Positions 1 through 13,487 of a stretch of DNA of 64,000 nt are shown piece by piece. The stretch comes from Octopus vulgaris (Eukaryota): NCBI GenBank assembly GCA_951406725.2, contig OX597818.1, positions 18,104,001 to 18,168,000 of the forward strand, written 5' to 3'. How positions within the stretch are numbered: position 1 is the first letter of the stretch; each line of letters begins with the position of its first letter. The notes under the pieces are model-generated. The model was given only the letters and a program-made list of their open reading frames with translations, ran no database searches and was not told where the DNA came from. The translations under genes and the position numbers were made by a program.

Positions 1-297
1 TGACACCAACAGGATGAAAAGCCAAGTCGACCTCAGTAGAATTTGAACTCAGAATGTAAGGACCAATGAAAAGCTGCTAAACGTTTTGCCCGGCATGCTA
101 AAGATTCTGCTAGCTCACCGCTTTAATAATAATAATAATAATAATAATCCTTTCTACTAAAGGTACAAGTCATGAAATTTTGGAGGAGGGGGCTAGTCAA
201 TCACATCGACCCCAGTGTTTCACTGGTACTTAATTTATTGACCTCAAAAGGCAAAGCATTTCACCCAGCATGCTAACAGTTCTGTCAGCTTGCTGCC

Positions 298-377
<80 letters not shown>

Positions 378-600
378 CCTTTCTACTATAGGCACAAGGT
401 CTGACATTTTGGGGGAAGGGGTCTTACATCAATCACAGTGTTTGATTGACACTTCCTTTATCGACTTCAAAAATAAAATAATCCTTTCTAGAGCAGAATT
501 TGAACTCAGAATATAAAGATGAATAAAATGTCACTAAGCATTTTGTCCAATGTACTAACAATTCTACCATCTTGGTGCAGCAGCAGCAATAATAATAATA
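1..600 (-). mobile_element. Tandem chain of three family A SINEs (tail type i) separated by (TAA)n
   Basis: Repeated unit (taa)n-cctttcta..ggcacaagg...gaatttgaactcagaa...gccagct; (TAA)n at 124-147, 299-376 and about 588-603. Confidence 0.85.
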
Positions 601-860
601 ATACTAATATGGTAATACCTCACTTTACAAGAACCCAGATTTACAAGGTTTTACTAGTTTTATTTTTTGTTTGAGTTTTTGCTTTATGAGCATTCTCTAG
701 GGACAAATTAAGTCATATATTGAGGAATTACTGTAGTAGTAGTAGTAGTAGTTGTTGTTGTAGCGCAGGCACATATGCCGTCACTATGATATCCCACACC
801 TTAAGAACTGGTATGAACGCCATGCAGAGCCAGTCGCTGAGAGAGAGAGAGAGAGAGAGA

Positions 861-1201
861 GAGAATGTTACCATTCTATGGGAGTATGGGATACATAGAC
901 AGGCAAATAAATGCTAACAGACCAGACATTATCATCAAAGACCTAAGACAAAAAACATGCACATTAATTGATCTGACATTGCCTTCTGAAAGAAGCATCT
1001 CTGCAAAGGAATTAGAAAAACTTGAAATACAAGGACTTTGAGATTGAGATATCTAGTCTTGGCAATTAAAAACCAAAACCATCAACTACCCACGTTCTCA
1101 GGAAGTTTCTCTCCATCTAATACATACATGCCTTAGATTTCTGTTTGAGACCCAGTCAGGAGATGAAAGAAAATGCAAATCAATCGGATAATAATAATAA
1201 T
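861..1201 (+). mobile_element. R4/Dong-like non-LTR retrotransposon 3' relic (restriction-like endonuclease region)
   Basis: Frameshifted ENVTILWE..., NANRPDIIIKDLRQKTCTLIDLTLPSE, KYKDFEIEIS, WQLKTKTI; ends in (TAA)n at about 1189-1201. Confidence 0.8.
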
Positions 1202-2464
1202 TGTTCCTAATATAGACACAAGGCTGAGGTGTAACATATTACTGTAATAGTATATATCTTCATAATATTCTATGCATATGCCAAACAATAGCCATGCTAT
1301 CTAACATGCTTATTGCTAATGTATTCAATAAATGTTCCTAAAAATACTTGCCTTATATCACATTTACAATAAATATTATTTTCAAAGATGTATCCTGCGG
1401 CAGATACAAACACATCATATAACCAATAAACAGATATTTTATACATATTTCCAATGACTGGTATTTGTTGTGTATGTATATCCTAATTTTAAAATGAATA
1501 CACCACTTTCCAATGTGTTGTAAGAGGTGATGAAAAGAGCTTCCAGATATACAACATTGTCTCAGGAAAACAATCTGACTCGGTGCTAGCATGGAAAAAC
1601 TGGATATGAAGAAAAAAAATGCTACTGGTGACAAATTTCCACTGACAGGTATGTCACACTATATTAGCAATAAGCAAATATTCTACAGGTATTGTTACTA
1701 AGTGGTTTGATATATAACAGCATATGTTATTTCACATCTATTCTACAAATTTCCAAGTACTATTATCAACGTTGATGATGATGATAGTAGTAGTAGTAGT
1801 AGTCCAAAAGGAAAATGGTTCTGCAATTTCTTGCTGAACAACTTAAATTAATGATTTGTTTTTAATGATGAAATGTTTCTGCTGTACATTATTTCACTCC
1901 CTCCACCAAATTGATGTTACCTGAACAGCTGTAAGGTGCACTACACATCAGGTGTCAAAATGATCACAGAACAGTGTGAAATGAAATGTTTGGCTCAAGA
2001 ACACAACGCAGCACCCAGTCCAGGAACTGAAACAACAATTTCGCGATCATGAGCACATCACCTTTATCACTATTCCACACACACACAGTTAACAATATAT
2101 GCTTAACAACAGGCAAATATTTCACAAGTATTCCAATAACAGGTTCTAATCATATTGGCTTCAGATTTAGGCACAAGGCTGTAATTTCAGAGGATGGGGC
2201 TAGTTAATTACATTAACCCCAGTGCTCAGCTGGTATTGATTTTATTGGCTTCAAAAGGATGAAAGACAAAGTCAACCTTGGTGGAATTTGAACTCAGAAA
2301 TGTGAAGATGGACAAAATAACACTGAACATTTTATCTGGCATGCTAATGATTGTCAGCTCACCACTCTGGACTCTAGTTATATTAACAGCCCTTCAGCTT
2401 TCAGATTATTTTTTCCAGTGTAATGTTTATTTTGAATGCCATTTTGAATGAATCCTGCTTTATT

Positions 2465-2705
2465 TGTTGTGTGGACACCCCCAGATGAAGTAGACTAGCC
2501 CAATACGTAGATATAGAGGGAAAAGTTTAGATGTCATCAGAGTAGCAGTCAGAGAGTAGTAGGAGTCGAGTTGAGTAGAAGGTATCCGAACGTGCGACAT
2601 AACAGTGGCGATGAGGAAATCGTAGCTCACACAGCCACTGTGTAGTATTGCGATATAACAGTGGCGATGAGGATTTCGTAAAACACACAGCCACTGTATA
2701 TAACA
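2465..2705 (+). mobile_element. Solo-LTR-like element (Gypsy/Mag-like) nested in a TTAA MITE
   Basis: Termini TGTTG...TAACA; CpG-rich; two copies of taacagTGGCGATGAGGA (PBS-like TGGCGAYGAG). It splits a MITE whose ends are at about 2383 and 2846. No clean TSD. Confidence 0.55.
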
Positions 2706-3479
2706 ATTTCATAGCTTCAAGATTGATCATGTGATTGTCTATTATTAAAATAACATTGTAGGTGTGAGAAGTTGGATCCGGATAGCTTGAACATAAATAG
2801 GTAGAATTTTGGACTGGATATGCTGGCTAAAATGCTAGAGGGTTAAAGAAAGTCATTACATGTTTTACATGTTACACAAGTATTCACTAAGAGGTCATTA
2901 CAAATCACAATAGTGATAACTAACTCTTCTAAAAATATTTCAATTGAGAGATGCTGCATAATATGGCTATAATTTCTATCATAGTTATCGTTTATCACAT
3001 TATCAAGAAACAAGTGTTCCACAAATAATCATAAAGAAATATGTTCCACATCACAGAGATAAACAAGCACTGAATGAGTATTTTCCAAAGAGGGGCATGG
3101 CATATGCGTGTGCACACATATGACATCATAAGATTTTAAAACTTTAGACAGAATGTGAAACAATTTTTTTCTTCTTTGGAATTGGATGACAAAGCATACA
3201 TGAATCTATAAATAATAGCTTGTAAATATTGGGTTCAAAAGCCCCTTCTGATAGAAAAAGTTGAAGGCTGCCCATGGGACACTGATAGCCTTTGAATTTT
3301 TATATCGAAACAGTTTTTTTCAACCCAATTTTTACATGCTATTATTTATAGCTTTATATGTGTTTTGACATTCAGTTCCCCAAAAGAATTTTGTATGTGT
3401 GTATATATATGTTTACATATATGTATGTGTATGTATTTATATACTTACATGTATGCATATGTGTGTGTGTGTGTATCAT

Positions 3480-4920
3480 AATACTGAGATCACATGTCAC
3501 ATTGAAAGATATTGCATAGACTTCACAAATATTTTCATTTAAGTATTTTCATAACATAAGTATATAGTATCATTTGTAGTCCACAATATATATTTGACAC
3601 CAAGTAATATATATCACACACTTGACAAAGTTGATTCATTTCCCAATGAGAGATATTGCATACATTTCACAAATATTTTCAATTAATAAGAATTATAGAT
3701 ATATCATAATATTAGTACGTATTATCATATATATTCCAAAACATTTCTCATGATAGGGACAATATATATATCATTGGTGAGGAGCAGTACATGACATTAT
3801 TGCAACATATTAAATAAATTCCTCAAATATTTACAATTAAGAAATAATATACATCATAATATAAGTTTGTGTTATACATATTCCATAAGTATTTCAAATG
3901 ACAGGTTATATATAATATAATAATAATAAAGTGTTGATTATCAGAAATATTCAATAACTTTCTCCAGTGCTTGGTATCAAATATCAAATTGAAAATAAGT
4001 ATCAAATTGCAAATAAGTATTCCAAAAGGCATTTAAATATACATTATATCATGAAAGGTGTGTATTATCATAACTATCCAATAATGTTTCCTACAGCAGG
4101 TATTGCATATTCCATCAATATCAAACAAATATTCCAAAAGTGCTTCCAGTGACAGACTATTATTGTATGTATTCCACAGATATTTCCAATGAGATTGATG
4201 TATCAGGTGTCAAATCAATGGCAAGCAGGTATTCCACAATGTGTTTCCAACAGAGAAAAGCGTATCACAGAAAGTATGAGTTACCACTAATATTTCCAGA
4301 GGGTGGCATCCAATGTATTCCACAAGTATTCCCAATAAGAGCTTATACATGTATGTGTGTGTGTATACACACATATAGAGATGTTTGAACAAGTGTCGTA
4401 AGACAAAAAGATTTAAATTGATGTAAATCAGAAAGTAAATGCATTTCCTTCATATGTAGTTGTTAAGATCAGGTGGAGATGTCTGGCAATATTAAGTCCA
4501 GTGATAGTAGCATAAATTAGATCCAATCCAGTGTGAATTTTCACTGTTGGTGAAACTCAGAGTAATAGCTTTTAAATTACTCCAAACTGTAATTTATATA
4601 TATATATATTTTCCATGAGTATTTTCACAAGTATTTCCAATGGTAGGTATAATAACATATAAGAAGATATATATCACAAATACTCCAAAATTTATTTCCA
4701 ATGACAGATATTGCATATCACATCAGATATTGCATATCCTGAATAATGCATAAATATTTCCAATTGTGAACATTTCATATTCCAGATTGTTATTAAAGTT
4801 ATCAGATGCTGCAAATGTTCCATAGATATTTCCAAGAGATATATATGCTATCACATGTAATCCAAATGACATTTAAATATAATATTATATGTATTTCACA
4901 TTATATTTCTTTTATATTTT
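3480..4920. repeat. Ancient degenerate minisatellite (approx. cacaagtatttccaatgacaggtattgcatat); outliers at about 1225-1760, 2100-2155 and 2860-3100
   Basis: Dozens of decayed atttccaa / tattcca / acaggtat motifs at roughly 30-bp spacing. Confidence 0.75.
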
Positions 4921-5243
4921 AATTTATGGAGCACATCTGTTGCCATGGGTACCAAAGTTCTGTAACTGTCAGTATCTCAAACAATTAGTTTCATCTTCTC
5001 TACGAAGACATAAAGCCACAGAAATTCAGGGATGTTTTATGCAGATATAAATGTTTACATATATACATAATCATACACAAAAAAAAATACAACAAATAAT
5101 GAGAATCATTTCTCATATAAATTCAAACATTTTGAAGCAAACAGAGATCAACAACTTTTTTCTTCGTAATGGCCCTCACCTTAGATTTTTTTTTTTTTGT
5201 AATAGTCTACATTTTAAGCTTTTTTTTTTTTGTTTTTGTTTAG

Positions 5244-5439
5244 ATTTGACCATGGATCACATATCACCTCATATCCTACATATAAAAATATCAGTTATGT
5301 ATCTCCCACCAGCATTTCAATCACTAGCAATGCTTATGAAAGTGAAACTTCTAGAAATCATGATACAGAAAACTGTCTAAAAGTCATTAACTGCTTAACA
5401 GCCCACAAATACATTAAACCTGAAAAATCTTTAGTGAAG
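5244..5439 (+). other. Candidate plus-strand exon (196 nt, open frame)
   Basis: Poly-T tract ending tgtttAG|; frame open for 65 codons (FDHGSHITSYPTY...KPEKSLVK); possible donor AAG|GTCAGA. Confidence 0.3.
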
Positions 5440-7759
5440 GTCAGAAGCCCAAAGAGAACAAACACCTAAATAACCAACTAATGGGCCACAATCTGTCTGT
5501 TACAAAGCTCCATTTTAAAAGGTTTTGACTAGTACTGTATTTTATCACCTTGAAAGGCTGAAAGGTAAAGCTGACCCCTGCAGATTTTGGACTCAGAATA
5601 TAAAGAGCTGGGACAAATGTTGCAAGGCATTTTCCAATGCCATAATGATCCTACAAATCCACTACCTCAATAATGATTTCAAATTTTGGCTCAAGGCCAG
5701 CAATTTCAAGTGAGGGGATAAGTCAGTTACATCACCATCAGTGCTCAGCTGATATGTATTTTTATTATCTCTGAAAGAACAAAAGGCAAAGTGAACCTCA
5801 GCAGAATTTGAACTCAGAACATGAAGAGAGATGAAATACTGCTAAGCATTTCGCCCAGTATGCTAATGATTCTGAAAACTCACTGCCTTCCACAACCTTA
5901 ATAATAATAATAATGATGATATTAAAAATTATAAAAGTAGTACAAAATAACAATAACAACAATAATTATTTCTAACATAGGTACCAAATCATAAAATTGA
6001 GAGGAGAGACTAGTTGATTATATCAAACCCAAAACCTGATTGGTTTTTTATTTAATTGACCCTGAGAGGATAGAAGACAATGTTGATTTTGGTGGAATAT
6101 GAAGAACCAGAATAACTACCACAAGGAATTTGTTTGATGTATTGATCCTGTCAATTCATAGAGCAATGGATAAAGAGAGATTCCAAGGAAAAATATGAAA
6201 ATCTTCAAGGTTTTCACAGAATTTATTATGAAAAGGAAACAAAAACACATGAAGAACAATATACAAATGGAATAAAATGACAGATCCCAATATAGCCACC
6301 TGAAATCAATCAAGAACCCCCATCAAAGACAAGTACCCTCTCCCAGCTGTGTTCTCTATATTATAGGGCTCACAACACACACTGAGTGTAGCCTATTCAT
6401 CTTGGGCCAGTTATCACATAGACTTACATTTCAACAAATTTATTTGAAGAAATACCACCACTCCATTCTCTCCTCTCATCTCTCTCTCTCGCCCCCTCTA
6501 CTTTCATCTTCAATAATAATTCCTATGTCAGCTAGAAACAATATCTTAAATTTTAAGAGAAACAAAAGAATTTATGGTGTTGTAGAAATACAGTTATATT
6601 ATTTCAGGCTATTAATCACACATTTAAAGTACATATTTTACATTTATTTATACCTATACTAAGTGAAGGCATGTGACTTAGTGGTTAGGGTATTCAACTC
6701 ATGATCATAAGGTTGAGAGTTCAATTACCAGCAATGTCATGTCCTAGAACAAGACACTTTATTTCACATTGCTCCAGTCCATTCAGCTGGCAAAAAAGAG
6801 TAGTACCTGTATTTCCAAATTTTGGCACAAAGCCAGCAGTTATGAGGGAAGTATAAGTTGATTATATCAATCCCAGTACACTACTGGTACTCATTTCAGT
6901 GACCCCCACAAGGGATGAGTTCAAATTCCACCAACCTTGGTGGAATTCGAACTTTGTATGTAAAGACAGACAAAACTTAAAATATATTACAGACCTTTCT
7001 AACCCACACAAACTTTGGATAATCAACGCAAATACTATAAAAAAAAAGAAAAAAAGCAAATGCAAAAGTGAACATATCAAGACAACAATAGTGATAATGA
7101 AAACTGTGATGACAGTGAGGGTGGGGTGTGTTTTGTGGTTGTGGTTGTCATAGTGATGGTGGTGGTGGTGAAGATGATGATGATGGACAAGGGGCTGGGG
7201 CTGGAGTTTTTCTTTATCAAAATGATTAATCACAACTGAAGTCAATACATTGTGCATGTACACAGATATGAACTACAAAAGTACAAATGCACACAAGTGA
7301 ATACATGTATAGATATATGAACACATGCACATACATATTTTGTTAGTGTATGTGATTCTCCATCAGAAAAAAAAAAGAAACAAATGAAAAGAACTCAAAA
7401 TCCTCGATCATCTAACACAGTATTAATAATATGACATCAGATTTGCTGAATTCTTATCTAAATAAGTCCATAATAATGTCTAATTATGTATGGGTGACAA
7501 AAAAGATCAATGCAAGGAAAATCATTGAAATAAATGCATTGAAGAATTTAGCTTCTTCTGGATATTTTCCAAAGTCAAATCTCTATGTAGTTAACATTAC
7601 TTTCCCCCGACTACCACCATCCCACTTCATTTGAGGGCTTGGTAGAATTGGTACCAGTGCTACTGTAGGGAGGAGGAGGAGTATTTGTGTGATGCATATG
7701 AAGAAAATGTTGGAGTGAAAGATATATTGTAAACCAGTTATATCTTGTATACTACTTTA

Positions 7760-7989
7760 TTAACCCTTTCGTTACTGTATTTATTTTGAGATGCTCTGTA
7801 TTTACTTCAATTACTTTAAATATAGCAAAGAATTTAGTAAAATAACTTGGTTACCATTCAGCTAGTGTTAGGAACATAAATTGTGACTAAGGTTTGGTGG
7901 AAGATTTTTAATTAAAAACTTATGAAGACAAAGACATTTGTACTCAGAGCCAGGGCTGGTTTCAGCTGGGTTGGTAACAAAAGGGTTAA
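7760..7989. mobile_element. piggyBac-like MITE, family 1 (relatives at about 15980-16207 and 37576-37800)
   Basis: TTAA-CCCTTTCGTTAC ... GTAACAAAAGGG-TTAA. Confidence 0.8.
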
Positions 7990-8545
7990 GTAATGATTCT
8001 CTCATTGCTACTTCTACAAGTAAGGTTAAGTCTAAGATTTGATGAGGGCTAATAAGGCTGGAACATATCTGGAGTTGTTTCCTATATCTGCTGGAATTAA
8101 AGCTATTTATTTCAAACAATCCATTCATTTCTAGCATACTGTATTTAGTTGTGAGTAATGTAAAAAATTCATTAGAGATCATTGAAATTAAAATGATGGG
8201 GTGAAGGTTAAAACATAAAATATATTACTGATTTTTAAGGAGTATGTTGGGATTGCATTATACTGAAGACTGGCCATGCATGGAAATAAGTGTGGGTTAG
8301 AGACAGGAAGGGTATTAGGCTGGAGAAAATCTGCCTCAACAAACTCTGCCTGACCCTTGCAAGTGAGTTAAATGATGATAATATATACATCTGTATATAA
8401 ACTGACATATGAACCTGTTATGCCTTAGCCCATGGTGACTAAAACTAATGTTCGTGTGTAAGATTATCAGTGACTTTTAACTAATGTCAATAAAATTTTA
8501 AGTATCTGACCTGACACTTGTAGTGGATCCTCCTTACAGTTAGTG

Positions 8546-8787
8546 TTAACCCTTTGCCTGTCCCTTGCATCACATGATACACAAGACACATATTCCTGGT
8601 GTTCATGCATTTTATATGATGCACATTCTTTCTTTTTTTTTCTGGCCACCAGAGTAACTTAAGACTTATGTAAAGAAAGCATTTTACTACTCAGAACAAA
8701 AGAAACAATGGATAAACGAAAGTCTGAAAACAAGCACAGATGTTTAAGAGAAACTTTTGAAAATGCTTTGGACAGTCAAAGGGTTAC
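8546..8787. mobile_element. piggyBac-like MITE, family 2
   Basis: TTAA-ccctttgcctgtcc ... ggacagtcaaaggg-TTAC. Confidence 0.7.
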
Positions 8788-8952
8788 TGAGTTTTTATCC
8801 GTATAAAAACCTCTTTTAAATCAGTGTGTGTGTGTTTTACATACATATATATGCATATTCATACATATGTACATTTTATACTGACTTTCTGTTGATATTT
8901 ATTTACAACATATGTTAGGAGTGTAACCTAGTTTTTTTTTTTTATCTTACAG

Positions 8953-9019
8953 GTCATTAGAATATTCTTGGTCTGAGATATAAGCAGCAACAGCTGACAC
9001 CAACCTAAGATTCTGTTTG
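8953..9019 (+). other. Candidate plus-strand exon (67 nt, stops in all frames)
   Basis: T12 tract plus atcttacAG| acceptor; donor TTG|GTCAGT. Confidence 0.3.
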
Positions 9020-9786
9020 GTCAGTGTTATTGGGTTTGTATTTGTATGTGAGGAAGAGAGAGAATGAGAGAGGGGGGAGTGGAGAGATGAGAGAGCAAGA
9101 GTGATAAAGTTTGCCTGTGTGTGCATAGTTAGCAAGGAGAATCATTTATAATTTAACCCCAGGCAATAGTAGACTACTTTCTATAGTTTGTTTGATTAAA
9201 CAGGTTCCATTCCCACCTTTCGCAATTAATGAATGGTCTGCAGTAGGACAAGATGATAGTATAACTATTCCTATGAAATAATTTCTCCAGTACAAAAAAA
9301 TAATAAAAATTCTATGAGAGTGAGTACAAGAGATGTGAAACTGTAAAATATAAGATTATTTATGTGAAATGATTTATAGGTGCAGGCATGGTTGTGTCAC
9401 ACTGCATGGACCCTTGAGCAAGTGTCTTCTACTGTAGCCTTGGACTGACCAAAGCCTTGAGAGTAGATTTGGTAGACGGAAACTGAAAGAAGCCCATTGT
9501 GTGTGTGTGTCTGTCTTGGGTTGTTCCCTACTACTACTTGACAACCAGACCTATAGAAAAAGTACCAGGCTTTAAAAAATAAGTACTGGAATTGGGGTTG
9601 ATTCGTTCAGCTAAAAATCTTCAGGGCAGTGCTCTAGCATGGCTGCAGTCTAATGACTGAAACAAGTAAAAGATACAAGATAAAACGTTTTATCTTGTAA
9701 CTTTTATTCATACATATGTAATTAAACATTACTCCTCTGCAGTATGTATGTAAGTTGAGCTTCAAGGATACCAGATCAAAACTAAA

Positions 9787-10115
9787 AGACTCCCTTCAGT
9801 TATGAATGACCATAGGATTGCACCTAGAAAGTTTCCCTCCAAAGCAAAAGTCCAAGCAAGGTTACTTATGGAAGACCAGCAGCTGCCCATGCATACAAGC
9901 CTCTCTTCTCCATGCCACTGATGTTACCCAAGGGAAAGGCAAAGGTCAATACCACTTGGCACCAATGATGACACAACTCATTTCTACAACTAAGTGAACT
10001 GGGGCAATGTGAAATAAAATGTTTAGCTCAAGAACAGAACACTCAGCCCAGTCCGGGAATTGAACTCACTACCTCATGATTGTGAACCCAAAGCTCTGAC
10101 CACTGAACCATGCAC
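9787..10115 (-). mobile_element. SINE family E (tRNA head, CORE-like body, RTE-like tail); second copy at about 27640-27982
   Basis: Head gtgcatggttcagtggtcagagc...gagttcaattcccgg; tail gcaatcc.atggtcattcat.a..gaaggga. Confidence 0.8.
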
Positions 10116-10763
10116 TCTGTATGTAAGTGTATGAGTGGAAGGAGAAGTACTATATAATGCATGTCAAAATTCTTCTCTCCTCACAGTACATATGGAAACT
10201 TATCTTAGATCTGAAGTATGATTGAATCAATGGCTTGAACAATTTAAGGTTGTATTCAGTTCATTAATATTACTTATCAATTGGTTAGCTATTTAAACCA
10301 ACTAATTGATTGTCTGATTAATCATTCAGTTAATCAATCAATCAGTTTGTTAAATGTCATATAATAAAGTGAAACAGAACCAGCTTGTTTATTATTGGCA
10401 TTATGACCATCCTGATATACAACAAAATTTTTTTCAGCACAGGTTCACATCAAGAATCTTGCAAACTGAATATCAAAAAAGAAAAAAATTTAAGATTGCT
10501 CTCAAAGCAAACAGTAGGGACATCATTAAAATATCTCGAAGGACAATGTTTTAACAAAGACTTAGGTTAATTTAATTTTTTTTAAAGACTAAATTACATA
10601 TGCTAAATGTTTTCTTTAATTGGTATTCATGAAAATTTCAGATTTAAGTTTAAAAAAAATAAATAAATGGGGGGGAGGGCAGATTCTAATTTAAGAAATG
10701 TTTGTGTACATGTGTAGTAGTAGTAGTAGTAGTGATGGTGGTGGTGGTAGCAGCAGCAGGAAT

Positions 10764-10988
10764 GGGGAGGAGGAGGGGAGGAGAAAAGAGAAGAGGATAA
10801 AAGGAAGGAGGGGAAAAGGAAGAGAAAAGGAGGGGGAAAGGAAGAGAGGAAGAGGAGAGGATGAAGGGAAGGAGAGGATGAAGGGAAGGAGGGACAAAAA
10901 GGGGATGAGGAGGGATAAGGGTAGGAAAGGAGAAGGTAGGAGTGAAGGTAGGAGGGGTGAGGAAAGGAAGGGGAAGGAGGAGGAGGAA
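10764..10988. repeat. Polypurine (GGA/GAA) tract
   Basis: About 225 bp almost entirely A/G on the plus strand. Confidence 0.9.
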
Positions 10989-11529
10989 TTGTAATTTCAC
11001 AGCTTGAAATACTCATACAGAACACAGTGGCACATGCACATTTACATGCATGCACATGCAACAGAACACACACACACACAAACACACACACAATGACAGG
11101 CTTACCCCTGATATATTGCCAGCAATACCATCAGCAACACTATCACCACTACCATCGCAATCATCAATCTTATTATTATCATGATCATCATCATCAAGGA
11201 ACATGTTTGAACAACTGTCAATGGTGGTTAAAAATTCTTTTTCACCTCTTCTCTTCTCTTTCTTACAATATGTGTGTAGCTATCTCAAGTCGCACACACA
11301 CACACACACACACACATTATGCATCTCAAGTCATTACATAAATACATTCTCTCTCTCTCTCCCTCTTTCCCCTTCCACTCATACGCTTATATACAGAAAT
11401 GTTGTGTATCTGTGTGCATGTATGTCTAAGAGTGTGCACCAACCCAGAGAAAGAATTCACTGAAGAGTCAACAATGGCTACTGATTAATATGTAAGCTAT
11501 ATCTCTCAATGTTACTAAATGGACGGTGT

Positions 11530-11569
<40 letters not shown>

Positions 11570-12554
11570 GATATTGTTCTGTATGTGTGCACGCATGTTG
11601 CATCAATGCTGTCTGGGATATTGATTTGCTTTTCACCAGGCAAGACGCCAAGCCAATTTTTGTAGTGCAAGAGTATATGAAGTCGATTTAATCGACAAGA
11701 GTATATTACTGGTCTTTTGGTCTACTGACCTCTGCCCCAGGAGAAGCTGATGAAAGTCAATGTCAACATTGGCCGAGACAAAAATAAATCATCCAGTGAA
11801 TTTAGTCAAGTGTTCTCCTCTGCCAGCCTTCATCCCATTTTTGTCAAGTGAGTGCCTCTGGGTGGTTATTTGATCTGCTAGAAATGACAGCCAAACATTC
11901 CTCAGATCATATACTACTGCATTGAAAAAAATGAACATAAGGTGCAGTTGTAGCAAGAAGTTTGCTCCAGGTTCAGTACCACTTGTCTGGTAATTATGGC
12001 AACTGTCTTCTACTATAGCCTCAGGCCAACCAAAACCTTGTGAGTGAATTTGGTAGACAGAAGCTGAAAGAAGCCCATCAAGTGTGTGTGTATGTCTCTC
12101 TCTTACCACTCAACAACTGTTGTTGATGTGTTTATGTACACATAACTTAGTGGTTCAGCAAAAGAGACTGCCAGAATAAGAACCTAGCTTTAAAAAAATG
12201 TCCAGGGATTGAGTTGTTCAACTAAAATTTTTCAAGGTGCTGTCCCAGTATGGCCTCAGTCTAATGAGGCCATACAAGTAAAAGATAAAAGAAGTAAAAG
12301 ATAAAAGAAACACCAATAATTAAACGAAATTACAGTTAATTTATTAAATCATTTCTAATTCTTCAATGGATCTCCGTTAGAAAATTTCCTATCAAGAGTT
12401 TTCAGCTATTCTATCAACTAAACCTGTGATTCCCAGACCAGTATCAGGCCAAGGATCATTCATTACCTGGCTGCACAGAAAGAATGCATTTAATATTTTT
12501 ATTGACAATTGCAGTCAGTAGGTTGTTTTTGCATTAAGTACCTTCTAAAGTGAG

Positions 12555-13275
12555 TGTTGCTTTTCGCAGACTTCATTGGAACATATGAAACAGTAGCAGC
12601 ATCACTCTTGAAACAATAATCAAGGCATATAGGGTCAAAGTTCCCACGTATCTACTCTATGGCTGTGAGCCATGGATGGGCAAGCAACATCAAGCATGGA
12701 AACTGAACTACACCTTCATTACATGATACACAAAATCCTTGGCGTAAAATATCCAGAGAAAATTCCAGACACTGAAACACTCACTCATGATTGTCTGCCC
12801 AGCATCTACACCATCCTGATGCAATAACAGCTTCACTGGGCAGGTCATGTAGTTCACATGCCAAGCCACCAGCTCAAAAAACAAAACAAAAACAAACCCC
12901 TATTATGTAGCAAATTCCAACAAGGCCATAAAAAACACTTCAAACACTTCAAAAGCTCCTCTAAAGTCCGTTAGTGTCAGCTGTGTCACACGAGAACAGA
13001 TAGCTCAGGACAAAGACAAGTGGTGATCAGATGTCTGCAAGGGCATGTAAACCTGCAAAGCTAACATGATTACAACAGCTAAGCAATGCAAGCAGACAAG
13101 AAAAATCAGTGCCACTAAATCTGAAACTATCACCACCATTTCCTTTTCACACTGCCAGAGAACCTTCTGGGTCAGCTTAGCCTGATCAGTCTCCGATGCA
13201 CTCAAAAGCCAAACCACAACGCCAACTCCTAACCCCAGAATGACTAGATGATGTTCATCACTGCAAAGGACAAAT
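12555..13275 (+). mobile_element. Old RTE-clade LINE 3' fragment
   Basis: Degenerate translation LLYGCEPW, KILG, KIPDTE, LPSIYTILMQ*QLHWAGHVVHMP, EQIAQDKDKW matches the RTE C-terminal pattern. Confidence 0.85.
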
Positions 13276-13281
13276 GCTTTA

Positions 13282-13487
13282 TACGAGGGGGTACTGAAAA
13301 GTTCATGGCTTTAAGAGTATCATGAAAGGTCTGGTTGGAGGCCCCACCTTTCGAGTTCTTTTACAGGGCTTAGAAAAATTGAAGGACTGCTGCAATAAAT
13401 GTGTGAATCTGAGAGGGGAATATGTTGAATAAAATCATAATTAACAAATCTACCTGTATTTTCTTTTACCCAAAGCCAGGAACTTTC
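13282..13487 (+). mobile_element. Mariner-derived MITE with truncated right TIR
   Basis: ta-cgagggggtactgaaaagttcatggcttt...aaagccaggaactttc; internal GLEKLKDCCNKCVNLRGEYVE* is a mariner transposase C-terminus. Confidence 0.8.

Noticed and set aside
328-516. Poly-Ile ORF and the many similar ORFs rich in HT, CV, RE, YI or poly-Y/H
   Set aside because: They are translations of microsatellites and SINEs, with no splice or homology support.
10627-11091. Overlapping 98-154 aa ORFs
   Set aside because: They result from the stop-poor polypurine/polypyrimidine tract.
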